Shown one piece after another: positions 19,238-29,300 of a DNA stretch of 64,000 nucleotides (its first letter is position 1; every line of letters starts with the position of its first letter). The notes beneath the pieces are model-generated. The model was not told the origin of the DNA and did not search any database. It saw nothing but the letters and a program-made list of their open reading frames with translations. Location: IMG/VR virus record IMGVR_UViG_3300025086_000013, positions 30,935-94,934 of that record; one strand, given 5' to 3'. Position numbers and translations under genes: made by a program. Origin of the DNA: a virus.

Positions 19238-22200
19238 TTATATAAATTCTATTTCTGCACCTGCAGCCATTAATTCTTGTATTGTACTCTCATCTAACTC
19301 TATTGTTGTATCAATATCATCATATTGTCTATTTCTTAATTGTTCTGTTCTTCCCCCATCTTGAAATTTTAAATTTAAACCTGCTCCAATAAATGGTGAT
19401 CCTGTATCAACATTGTATCCACCTTTTATACTAACAGGTCCATAACCTGCTTCTAATCCAAGATTAATTCCTGAATTGCTATCATATTCTCCATAACCAC
19501 CAATGTTAGCTCCTGTATATTGTGCATCATTTATCATAATAGGAGAACCAGTATATCCAGCAGATAACTTCCCTTTATAGAAAGCTTCTGGACTTATGTT
19601 ACCTTCTGTAGCATTCATTAAGTTTGTCTGTGCTCCAGCTTCTCCACTTAAGTTTAAACCTAAACCACTTCTTCCTGTATAGCCAACATGACTTTTAAGA
19701 CCACCTTGTAATAAAGCATTATCTAAATCATTTCCTTCAACTCCAACAAAAGCTGAAGCTCCTGAATCCACATAAGGATTACCAGCACAACCACCACCCT
19801 TACAGCCACCGGCATTTATAAAATTATAATCAGCTTCAAGTCCTCCACCTTGTTGAAATCCTCTAAATCCAAAACCTTGAAATAATTGATTATATCCTTG
19901 CTTTTGTCTATCTGGATCACTAGATTGAAGGTTATCATCCATTTCTCTAAACTTGTCATCTTTTCTTAATGTTTCATAGCCTTTATCTATACCCCATTGT
20001 ACTCCTGGTTCAATAACACCATAATATCCAGCTAACATAGGTAATACTCTACTTCCTACACCACCACTAAAACCTTGTAAATTACGTGGATTTCTTAAAT
20101 ATGCTTTTGCCGCATCTTTAGTCCAACCTAATCCTTTAGTAAGATATTGAAAACCTTTATACCAAGCAGCTCCTTCAACTCCAGCGTTTATAATTGGAAT
20201 TGGACTTCCACTATCTATTGCATCTGCAATTGCCATACCTGCTTCTTCAACTGCATATGCTGGAAATTTAGCAGGGTTGTAACCCCATTCAGCAAAATCT
20301 ACAATCTCATTAAGAATACCATCCCCAAGTATATTCTCAGTTCCAAATCCAAGTATATTATCTTTACTGCTTACACTTACTAAATCTAATAAACCAAAAC
20401 TTCTATCTCTTAACGCATCTGTGCTTAAAGGAGGTCTAGGATTTAATTTGTTTATAAGACTTCTTCTTTCATCATCTATATCATCTTGAACATGTGAATA
20501 ATTCCATTCACCATCTTCACCTTCTCTCCATTTACCTATTTGTTGACAACTGCCATCAGGTAATCTTATATAACCATTAGGACATAATCCTTGATCTTGT
20601 TCTGAATATTCAGGATCTGTAAACATACTAATTACAGGAAGTTGATCCCAATTTCCTATAGGGTCTGTCATCCAGTCATTTAATTGTGGACTTATATCAT
20701 AATGACCTTTAACTTTTGTTTCTTCATCTAATAAGTCATAATAATTTTGGCTAAGAGCATAATCTCCTTCTCCAAGCATCTCTTCTTTGTTAGGTAGAAT
20801 ATTGGTAATTAAATTATTAGATACAACACGTGTGTTGTCCATTTGATTACTATTATCATTATATATAGTACCATCTTCTCCTATATTGTATCCAACAATT
20901 TTAGACTTAAGTTTTTCATTTTCATATTTTTGTATAACTGCTTTATCTTCTGAAGTATGCTGGTTTCTTGGATCAAGTGTAGGTAATAATTTAATTCTTT
21001 CTTCCATTTCATTTTGTTCCTCTTCTGACATATCCCACCAACCTTCTGGGTATTGTTCTAAATACCATTTACTTGCTTCTCCCATTGGATTTTGTTCATA
21101 TACATATCCAGGAAAATCTGGATTAATTACCAAACCTTCAGTTAATGTATCTCCTGGTAAAGCATTTAAGTCTGGATAAGCTATATTTAAAGAATCTAAA
21201 TCTTCTTGACTATGATATTCATAAGGAAAATCTTTCCAATAAACTTCATTTCCATCTTGTATCTCATTAGATCCTCCGCCTTGATATATAAATCTATTTA
21301 ATTCAGTACCAAACTTACCTTGTCTTGATCTAACACGTTTATTTTGAAATCTTCCCCCTGTATTAATATCTGTATCTCCTCTATTATCTTCATCACTAGC
21401 AGCTACAAATTGATTGTCTGCTAGATTCCATCTTTTCATTCCTTTAAGTCTATCTCTTTCTTTTTTCTGCTCTAACATTCTATTAAGAGGTTTAGCAATA
21501 TTAACTATACCTGTAGAAATTTTATCAAATGTTTGTACACCTTTGCTATCCATAAACCTTCTGCCTTTATTATAAGCATCAGTTGCCCATTGTTCTGTTG
21601 TTCTTTTTCCTCCGGGTGTATTATTTACATCTCCATCATTATCAATTGTGTCATCTTCAATATTATTATTATTGTTATTGTTGTTGTTATTATTGTTGTT
21701 ATTATTTCCTGGTCCAGGTTGTATTTGAGGTTCATAATCAAGAGAATGATCAGGATCTCCATAACCCCAGCCTCCCCAAGCTCCTTGTGTATAATCTCTT
21801 TCTTGTAATAAATAAGGTTCTTGTTGATCTGGTGCATTTTGTGTTTGGCTTGTATATAAATTACCTCCACCTGTTTGATAGTGACTTATAGGTTGTTGAA
21901 CATCCATTTGACCTCTTGGATTTCTTCTTTTATATTCATAATTTTTAACTCCATACTCATTAAGATTTTCAGACCCTATTTGAGCTTTAGGAATAAATCT
22001 TCTCAATACATTTTCAGCAGCACCACCTTGTCTTTGTTCTGGAAGATTATAATTACCTTGTTGATCATATTCTGAATATGGAACATTATCTGTACCAGTA
22101 AACATAGGATTATCTAACTCATCTAAACCTTCATATCTTGCACCACTATATCTAGTACCAAAAACATCAATAAGACCATCTTCATCTTTTACCATTTTGT

Positions 22201-23332
22201 CTTCTAACCAATAAGGATCATCTTTAAACTCTTGACTACTTGGGTCAATGTCTTTTACTCTAAATCCCATATAATCTGCATCAGGATTTAAAGCTTCTAT
22301 TAAATCACCTTTTCCTTGTGTTCCTTCGTCAATATCCCACTCCCCTGTTTCTTCATTATAACTTCTTTTACCAAATAATGATGGAGCATTCTCATGTCTT
22401 TGATCTAATATTTGACCAGTATAGTATTGAGTTTTTTCATCTTCAGTCATTAGATTTCCTGTCTCAGGATTAACATACATATCTTCATCTGTAGTATTTG
22501 TCCATGACTTTCTTTCATAACTTGCTGGATCAGTATCAATATAATTTTCTTTTTTAAAACTATCTACTGTACCAGCTACTGCAGCAAATAAATCAAGAAA
22601 CCCTGTATCACCTACACCAGCAAATCTTGATGTATAAGGCTCTGCACGGGGAACTCCTTTTTTTCTTTGAGGTCCCTGATACTGTTCATTAGATACATTT
22701 TTTGCACTACCAAGACCAGGGTATTTTTGATAAAAATCTTCAGTACCCCATACTTCAGATTGATTTTGTTCAGAACCATCTTGATATTCAGGTATAAAAT
22801 CAGTTAAACCTCCATATTGGTATACAGGAGGCATTCCTTCCATCCCTTGAGGAGGAGCAGGTGGCATCATTTGTTGAGGTGGTTGTTGCATAGGTTGGGG
22901 TATATTTCTTGCTCCTTCTGGAGATTGTGGCTCAACACCAGGTATTGGTGCTTCAATTGCATTAGCAGTAGCAACGGGCTCTTCTGTTAAAGCTTCTTCA
23001 ATATATTTTGCTTGTATTGCATAAGAGGCACTATCATCTTCTATGGGACCGCCTTCTTCTACACTATCACAAGTCATTCCCGCTTTACATTTAAAATAAT
23101 TTTTCCAGCAATATCCTACACCTGGTTCTTTGTCATTACAGTTTTGCATTCTTTTAGATACATCAAAAAGAGCACAACTTTGACAACCACCACCACCATC
23201 AGATTCTCTATAATTATTATTTTCTACAGCTGCATTTTCATTAGCTGCTTGTAAATTAGGTATTTCACAAGCAGAAGGACAAGCTTTAGCAGCTCCTCCT
23301 TTTTGATAACTATATGTTGCTTTATTAGCCAT
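19238..23332 (-). CDS. Putative cargo polyprotein, 1364 aa: Cys-cluster N-terminal domain, several unknown domains, C-terminal beta-barrel-like domain
   Basis: ORF track. About 10 xQxGG/xQxG[SN] motifs separate compositionally distinct segments. Confidence 0.55.
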   Translation of the reverse strand: MANKATYSYQKGGAAKACPSACEIPNLQAANENAAVENNNYRESDGGGGCQSCALFDVSKRMQNCNDKEPGVGYCWKNYFKCKAGMTCDSVEEGGPIEDDSASYAIQAKYIEEALTEEPVATANAIEAPIPGVEPQSPEGARNIPQPMQQPPQQMMPPAPPQGMEGMPPVYQYGGLTDFIPEYQDGSEQNQSEVWGTEDFYQKYPGLGSAKNVSNEQYQGPQRKKGVPRAEPYTSRFAGVGDTGFLDLFAAVAGTVDSFKKENYIDTDPASYERKSWTNTTDEDMYVNPETGNLMTEDEKTQYYTGQILDQRHENAPSLFGKRSYNEETGEWDIDEGTQGKGDLIEALNPDADYMGFRVKDIDPSSQEFKDDPYWLEDKMVKDEDGLIDVFGTRYSGARYEGLDELDNPMFTGTDNVPYSEYDQQGNYNLPEQRQGGAAENVLRRFIPKAQIGSENLNEYGVKNYEYKRRNPRGQMDVQQPISHYQTGGGNLYTSQTQNAPDQQEPYLLQERDYTQGAWGGWGYGDPDHSLDYEPQIQPGPGNNNNNNNNNNNNNNNIEDDTIDNDGDVNNTPGGKRTTEQWATDAYNKGRRFMDSKGVQTFDKISTGIVNIAKPLNRMLEQKKERDRLKGMKRWNLADNQFVAASDEDNRGDTDINTGGRFQNKRVRSRQGKFGTELNRFIYQGGGSNEIQDGNEVYWKDFPYEYHSQEDLDSLNIAYPDLNALPGDTLTEGLVINPDFPGYVYEQNPMGEASKWYLEQYPEGWWDMSEEEQNEMEERIKLLPTLDPRNQHTSEDKAVIQKYENEKLKSKIVGYNIGEDGTIYNDNSNQMDNTRVVSNNLITNILPNKEEMLGEGDYALSQNYYDLLDEETKVKGHYDISPQLNDWMTDPIGNWDQLPVISMFTDPEYSEQDQGLCPNGYIRLPDGSCQQIGKWREGEDGEWNYSHVQDDIDDERRSLINKLNPRPPLSTDALRDRSFGLLDLVSVSSKDNILGFGTENILGDGILNEIVDFAEWGYNPAKFPAYAVEEAGMAIADAIDSGSPIPIINAGVEGAAWYKGFQYLTKGLGWTKDAAKAYLRNPRNLQGFSGGVGSRVLPMLAGYYGVIEPGVQWGIDKGYETLRKDDKFREMDDNLQSSDPDRQKQGYNQLFQGFGFRGFQQGGGLEADYNFINAGGCKGGGCAGNPYVDSGASAFVGVEGNDLDNALLQGGLKSHVGYTGRSGLGLNLSGEAGAQTNLMNATEGNISPEAFYKGKLSAGYTGSPIMINDAQYTGANIGGYGEYDSNSGINLGLEAGYGPVSIKGGYNVDTGSPFIGAGLNLKFQDGGRTEQLRNRQYDDIDTTIELDESTIQELMAAGAEIEFI
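21662..21706 (-). repeat. AAT/AAC trinucleotide run encoding 15 consecutive Asn
   Basis: The plus strand shows 15 att/gtt units in frame within the 1364-aa ORF. Confidence 0.9.
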
Positions 23333-23352
23333 TTAAAAAAATCTATTATATA

Positions 23353-23367
23353 TTATAATATACTAAA
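23353..23367 (-). promoter_or_regulatory. Copy of shared promoter-like motif TTTWGTATATTAT
   Basis: The minus strand reads TTTAGTATATTATAA, about 20 nt upstream of the ATG at 23332. Confidence 0.55.
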
Positions 23368-23389
23368 TAATAAGGACATAATCTAATGA

Positions 23390-26300
23390 TTATAACTTTC
23401 TGATATGATCATAAATATGTCTTCCTTTCTTTTTAGCATCTGTATAATATAATCTATTTATTTTATCAATATATTTCTTAACTCCTTTTTCATCAGATGT
23501 ACCATCAAATTTTCCATCTATGTATTCATTGTATATTCTAATTTGTGTATTTAAATCAAAAGCTCCTCCTGGAATATTTTGTTTTATTGCTCCACCTTTT
23601 TTTATTTTTGGAGTTCCAATTCCATATATATTATCTGATCCTATTTTATTTTGTGTTTGATGAACTTCTGGAGGTTTATTATTATTTCCTGCTCCAGGTT
23701 GTAATATATAATTACCAACATCTTTCCAAAATCCTGATGATTCATATTCACCTAGAACATCTACTTTCCCTGGTTGATTTACATCTGCTATATCTAAACT
23801 ATAAACATCAATAAGTGGATAATAATTTGAAACTCTTTTTGAATAATTTTCTCTTTCTGGATTCCATGTTTGAGCTAAATAGTCTCGTACATAATTTTGA
23901 TCAGATTTCTGTTCTGCTGTAAAATTATCTGTTCTGCTATTGTATCTATGTGCAATTATTGCTTGAGTTGCTATTGCGGATTTTTGAGGATCCATAAGAT
24001 CATGCTGACTTGTTATACCTAACTCATTAAGTAATTCTTTTTCTGTATCATCTAAAGCTACATCCCATTTTATTTGTGTCCAACCAACACTATCTCTTGA
24101 ACTTTTTGCACTCAGTTTTTTCTTATTTCCTTTATAATCTATTTCTATATCACCAATCTGACCCCAACTATGATATTTTCTATTAACATCAGGATTTGTA
24201 TTACCAATACCAGATGCTTTAGATATACCAAGACCCATATTAAGAATCTCAGGATTTATATTACCCATACCACTTTCTACACCATATATACCAAAACTAG
24301 TTGGTATAAGCATGTCATATATATCACTAGGAATTCCTGAATTTACTTTTACAAGTGCATCTAAAATTTGTTTTTTATTATTAACTATTGCATTTAAATA
24401 AGGTTCTGTATGTTTTTGAAATTCCATATCTTCATGAGCAGCATAAGAATTATAATCTAAATTGCTTTCTTGAATTTTATTTTTATCTATAGAAATACTT
24501 ACAGGATGATACTTTATACTTTCAGCACTTCTCATAATACCCTGACCTTCTCTCCATACTTGATCTTCTGAATCAAAATACCAACCACCTTGGTTTCTTC
24601 CTATTTCTCCAGTTTCTGGATGTTCTGGATTTTCTACTTCTCCTTTAAATGAAAGTTTTCCATCTTGATAAATAAACGTATTTTGATCTTTAAATTCAGG
24701 AAGGACATATACATTAGTTCCTTTTTTTATTGTGCCAAGTAACTCATTTAAATCACCACACTTCATATTAATGCATCCATATGATTGTCTATTATCATCT
24801 GTAGCATGAGAATATAATCCTTTTTTTCTTTGTTGTTTTTCTTCCCAATTAACAGTATTAGGTATACCATGTAAACTCATTGATATATTTTCACCTTCTC
24901 CCATTCTATCATGTGTAAGATTAAAAGATGGAACATCTCTTCTTTGACCTGTTTCGTCCCAATAACCTGAATCTGGATCTACATTAGAGATAGTAAATAT
25001 TCCAGCTCCTGTTTGCATATTACCTGCACTCCAATCATATGTCCATAACTTCTTACCATTTTTCCATACTTTATCATCGTCATTTATTATACCATCTTTA
25101 TTTATATCTAAAGGTTTTGTAACTGTTTGTTGATCACCAGGATTTTCTCCAATTAATATATTATAACTTCTTGTTGGATCTTTTTGTCCTGGATAATATA
25201 AATGTGTTTTACCAGCTATTTTATCTACAACTAAAAAAGGATCACCAGCAGGCTTCTTAACAATTAAATTTTGACCTGGATAAAGAGTACTGTCTTCACT
25301 TAATCCGTTATCAACTAATAATTGTTTTATGCTTGTTTGATTTTCATTTGCTATTTTTCCTAAGTAGTCTCCGTCTTGTATTGTATATGATAATTCTTCT
25401 ACAGTTTCATCTGGTTTATTTTCTCCTTCATAGAATAAAATCTTTTCTACATTTTGTAATTTATTTATATCTCTATTATTATTTATTTTTCTATCTATAT
25501 TTCTCCATGGCCCTACTGCATCTTCATAGTCAGGAGTATTCTTATCACTATATATTGAATCAACTAATGTATTTTCTATTTCTATTCTATCATTAGTACT
25601 ACCATTATTTAAACCATTATTTTCTAAATCTGCTTCTGTAGGTGTCCATGCTTCTCCTTTAAGATTAGTTCTAAATTTATTTCCTCTATAATCAAATATT
25701 TTATTTGGTCCTAAATTTTCTCTAGCTTTTTCAAATGCTTCACTAAATGTTTTAAAATCATCATAAAGTAATTTTGGTGTTTTTTTATTATTAGATGGTG
25801 ATTCGTTTTTAAGTTTTACAGAATCATCAATTCTAATATGACTTGGATTAGATTTATATTGTGGATTTAATTCAAGAACTTCTTCTAAGGTCATATCATT
25901 TGATCTAGCAATTCTTGTTAAATTATCTCCCTTTTTAACTTTATAAACACTTCCTCCATCTTGAAGTTTTGGTATATCATTATCAATTAGTCCATACTCA
26001 AACAATTCATCTTTTACAATTCCTGATACTTTACCTCCTTCTTTATATTTTTTTAATTGTTGTTGAAGTGTTTTAATTTTTTTATCATTTTTTTCATACT
26101 CTCCTCCTGCTTCAAATTGTTTTTCTTTTACATCTTCTTCTGTATAATCTCCTAATAACTTTTCAACAATTTCTGGAGGTAAATTATTTAAAATATAATC
26201 TTCATAAGAACTTGATTTATCATATTCCTCTATAGATTTTCTAAAATGATTTATATATTGTTCTGGTGTTTTATTTTGTTGATCAGCATTTTCACCATAT

Positions 26301-29300
26301 AAACTTGGAAATACTTCTGATAAAGACTTTCCATCTCTAACAACATATCCAAGATATTCTCTTGTGCCTTGTCTCCCTAAAAAGTTAACTAATGCAGCAA
26401 GTTCAGTTTTATTAAATGGCATATTTATTTGACCAGAGTATTCACTGTATACTTCATCTGCTGCTGCTTTTAAACCTCTTTCACCTTTAAACAAACTTCC
26501 ATCAAATCTTTTTTTGAATGTATTTTCTTGTGCTTCAAAATCTGCTATAAACTCATCTCTTGATCCATCATATAAACTATTGTCTGTTAACTCTGAAAAT
26601 CTTTGACCATATAATCCACTTGCACTAGATTCTGAATTTTTTAATAATTGTCCATTTGCACTTTCAACAGCTATAATACCTGCCTTAAGTTTATTATAAT
26701 CAACATGATAATCATCTATTCTATCTTGAGGTATTCTTACAGGGTTACCATTTTGGTCAACATTATTAGGATCATAGTACATTCTACCATATAATTCAAA
26801 AGGTTTACCAACTATTTTTTCTGCTGGTATAGTATAAGAACCATCTTCTCCTTTTTCTCCAAATAACCAACCTGCTGAAGCAAATGCTCCTTTCATAGGT
26901 ATATCAAAATCAAACTGATCATAATAAGAAACATAAGGGAGTTTGCGTTCTTCATCATAACCCTTTGAAAGTTTATAATTATTCATAGCAAAACCTCCAG
27001 AAGAAGAATCTTTTATATATAGATTATCTTCTTGTTTTGAATTTTCAGTTTTTGGTCTTTTCTTTAAAAACTCATATGATAAAACATCACTCCATATATC
27101 ATCATCCCAATTAAAAGAAAAATATTTTTTAGCTTTTTTTATTGCACCTTTAATAGTTGGTGAAAATTTTGATTCAGATATAGTATTATTTTCTGGTTCA
27201 AAACCTAAATATTTATCCCAAAGATCTTGTGAAGATTGTTTAATATATTCAGATTGTTCTGGTGGTAAATTTAAATTTTCTCCAAAAGTATCCCATGTTT
27301 GAGTTTTTCCATCCCATTCAAATGGTAATTTTTCACCAGCAATTAGTTCTTTAAAAGCATGATCTATATTATATCCAATTGGAGTTACAGAAGATCTCAT
27401 ACGTTGTGCTAGCATTCCTGGTTCTACTTCTCCTTTTTTCTGAAACCTTACAAGTTCTGCTCCATACTTAGCTTTAGGTTTTTCAGATTTTTGTAACATT
27501 TTTTGAAGAACCTCATAATTTTTTTGACCATAAGCATTTTTAAATATATCTAAATCTCTAATTAAATCTTCACTAGTATAATCTTCTCTTTTAGTAGCAT
27601 CTAATATTGCTTGTCCTGATGTATTTATTTTTGAAGATTGTTTAGTATTTTGTAATTCTCCCATAAGTTCTTCAACGGTTTCAGAAATTTTAGGAACGTA
27701 TCTCCATTGATTTTTTCCAAAATAACCAGAATCATCTTTTACTAGATCATAATGTTCTCTTTGGTATTCTGCTCCAGGATCATCTGATTTTAACCAGTCA
27801 AGTTCGTTTTGAAATGAATCATGTTTATCAGATTTTAAAAGCCATCCATCTTTTCCTACAGAAGGTCCATGATATTTATTATCATATGTTTCAGGAATCC
27901 AACCTTCTTCTCCCCAATAATCAGATTTTTTACTTTGATTAAAATCTTTTGGTTTACCCATAGCCTCCCAAAGACCTTCCATATTATAGTTAGGATCTTC
28001 TGTTTTAAGATTTTCTGGCAAAGTGTTTACAAAAGAGTTATAATCATCTCTTTCATTTTGCATATCAGGAGTTAAAACAATTTCTGGAATATCTCCAGTA
28101 AGAGGTGGTGAACCATAAGAAGCACCTGCTGGTTTAGGAACAAATCTAGATCTTTGAGGTAATTGTGTTTTTGGATTAGTTGGCATACCATCTATAGTTA
28201 CCGGATCTAAAGTTATTGTTTGAGAATCTCTCCAATATCTAAAATCAGGATTACTTATATAATCTAGTAAATCATCATGTTTATGATTAAATCCTTCATC
28301 TCTAAAAGCTTGTTTTAATCTTCCAGGATTTTGAAACCACTTCATATCTTTTTGTGAAACTGCAAATCTAATACCTCCTCTATCATTTACAATATCTATT
28401 TCACCAGTTCTAGGATCTAAACGTAAATGGTCCTTTCCTATTAAATTGTATTTTTGTTTTATATCACCAGGAAGCATGTATAAGTCTTCATCTCTAAGTG
28501 TATAACTTAAAGGAGTTTTATCACCATAATAATTCCAACCACTCCATGTTTTACCTTGTTTGTTAACTCTTAAATCTCTTTGATAACCTTGTTGATACCA
28601 TTCTTCACGTCCATATTCTTTTCTTTCTTCTGGTGTTAAATCAAACCAACTACTATATTGACTTATGGAGCCTTTACCTTTTTTCTTTAAATCTGTTACA
28701 TATTCTGGATTAAGATTAGCAAGCCCTGATTGATCATTTCCACGTGCATAAGTTCTCCATCCACTATTACCTTTGTATTCAAGAGTGTATGTTTTCTTAC
28801 CTCTATCATTAATATTTTCTCTAACCCTCATGTTTCCTGTAGTGTTATGGACTAAACTTGGCCAAGCTTGTTGAGAATGTTTTTTTGTATCTTTAAATAA
28901 TGATTTACCTCTATAGCTTAAAAAATTATCTAATTCGTGTCTTTCTATATCAAAGTATCTTCTTTTATATTTTTTATCTTTATAATCATATTCTTCATAA
29001 TCTGTCCAATCATTTGCAGGAACATATTTTTTTTCATTAGCTCCATACTTTTTAATTTCCCACTCTTCTTTTTCATCATCATCCTCTCCTCCTTTCTGAT
29101 ATATGTTTAAATCTAATAATGGTTTTCCTGTATTAAGTTTTTCTTGTACTATATTTTTCATAAAAGGTGCAAAGGGTCCTCTATTGTCTGGCATATTTTC
29201 ATATTTGTTTAACCATTCTTTTAATTCAGGTTTACTATATTCATCAATTCTTCTTTGAAATAATCCTAAATCAGATTTTGTTGGAATGTTATCTAATTGA

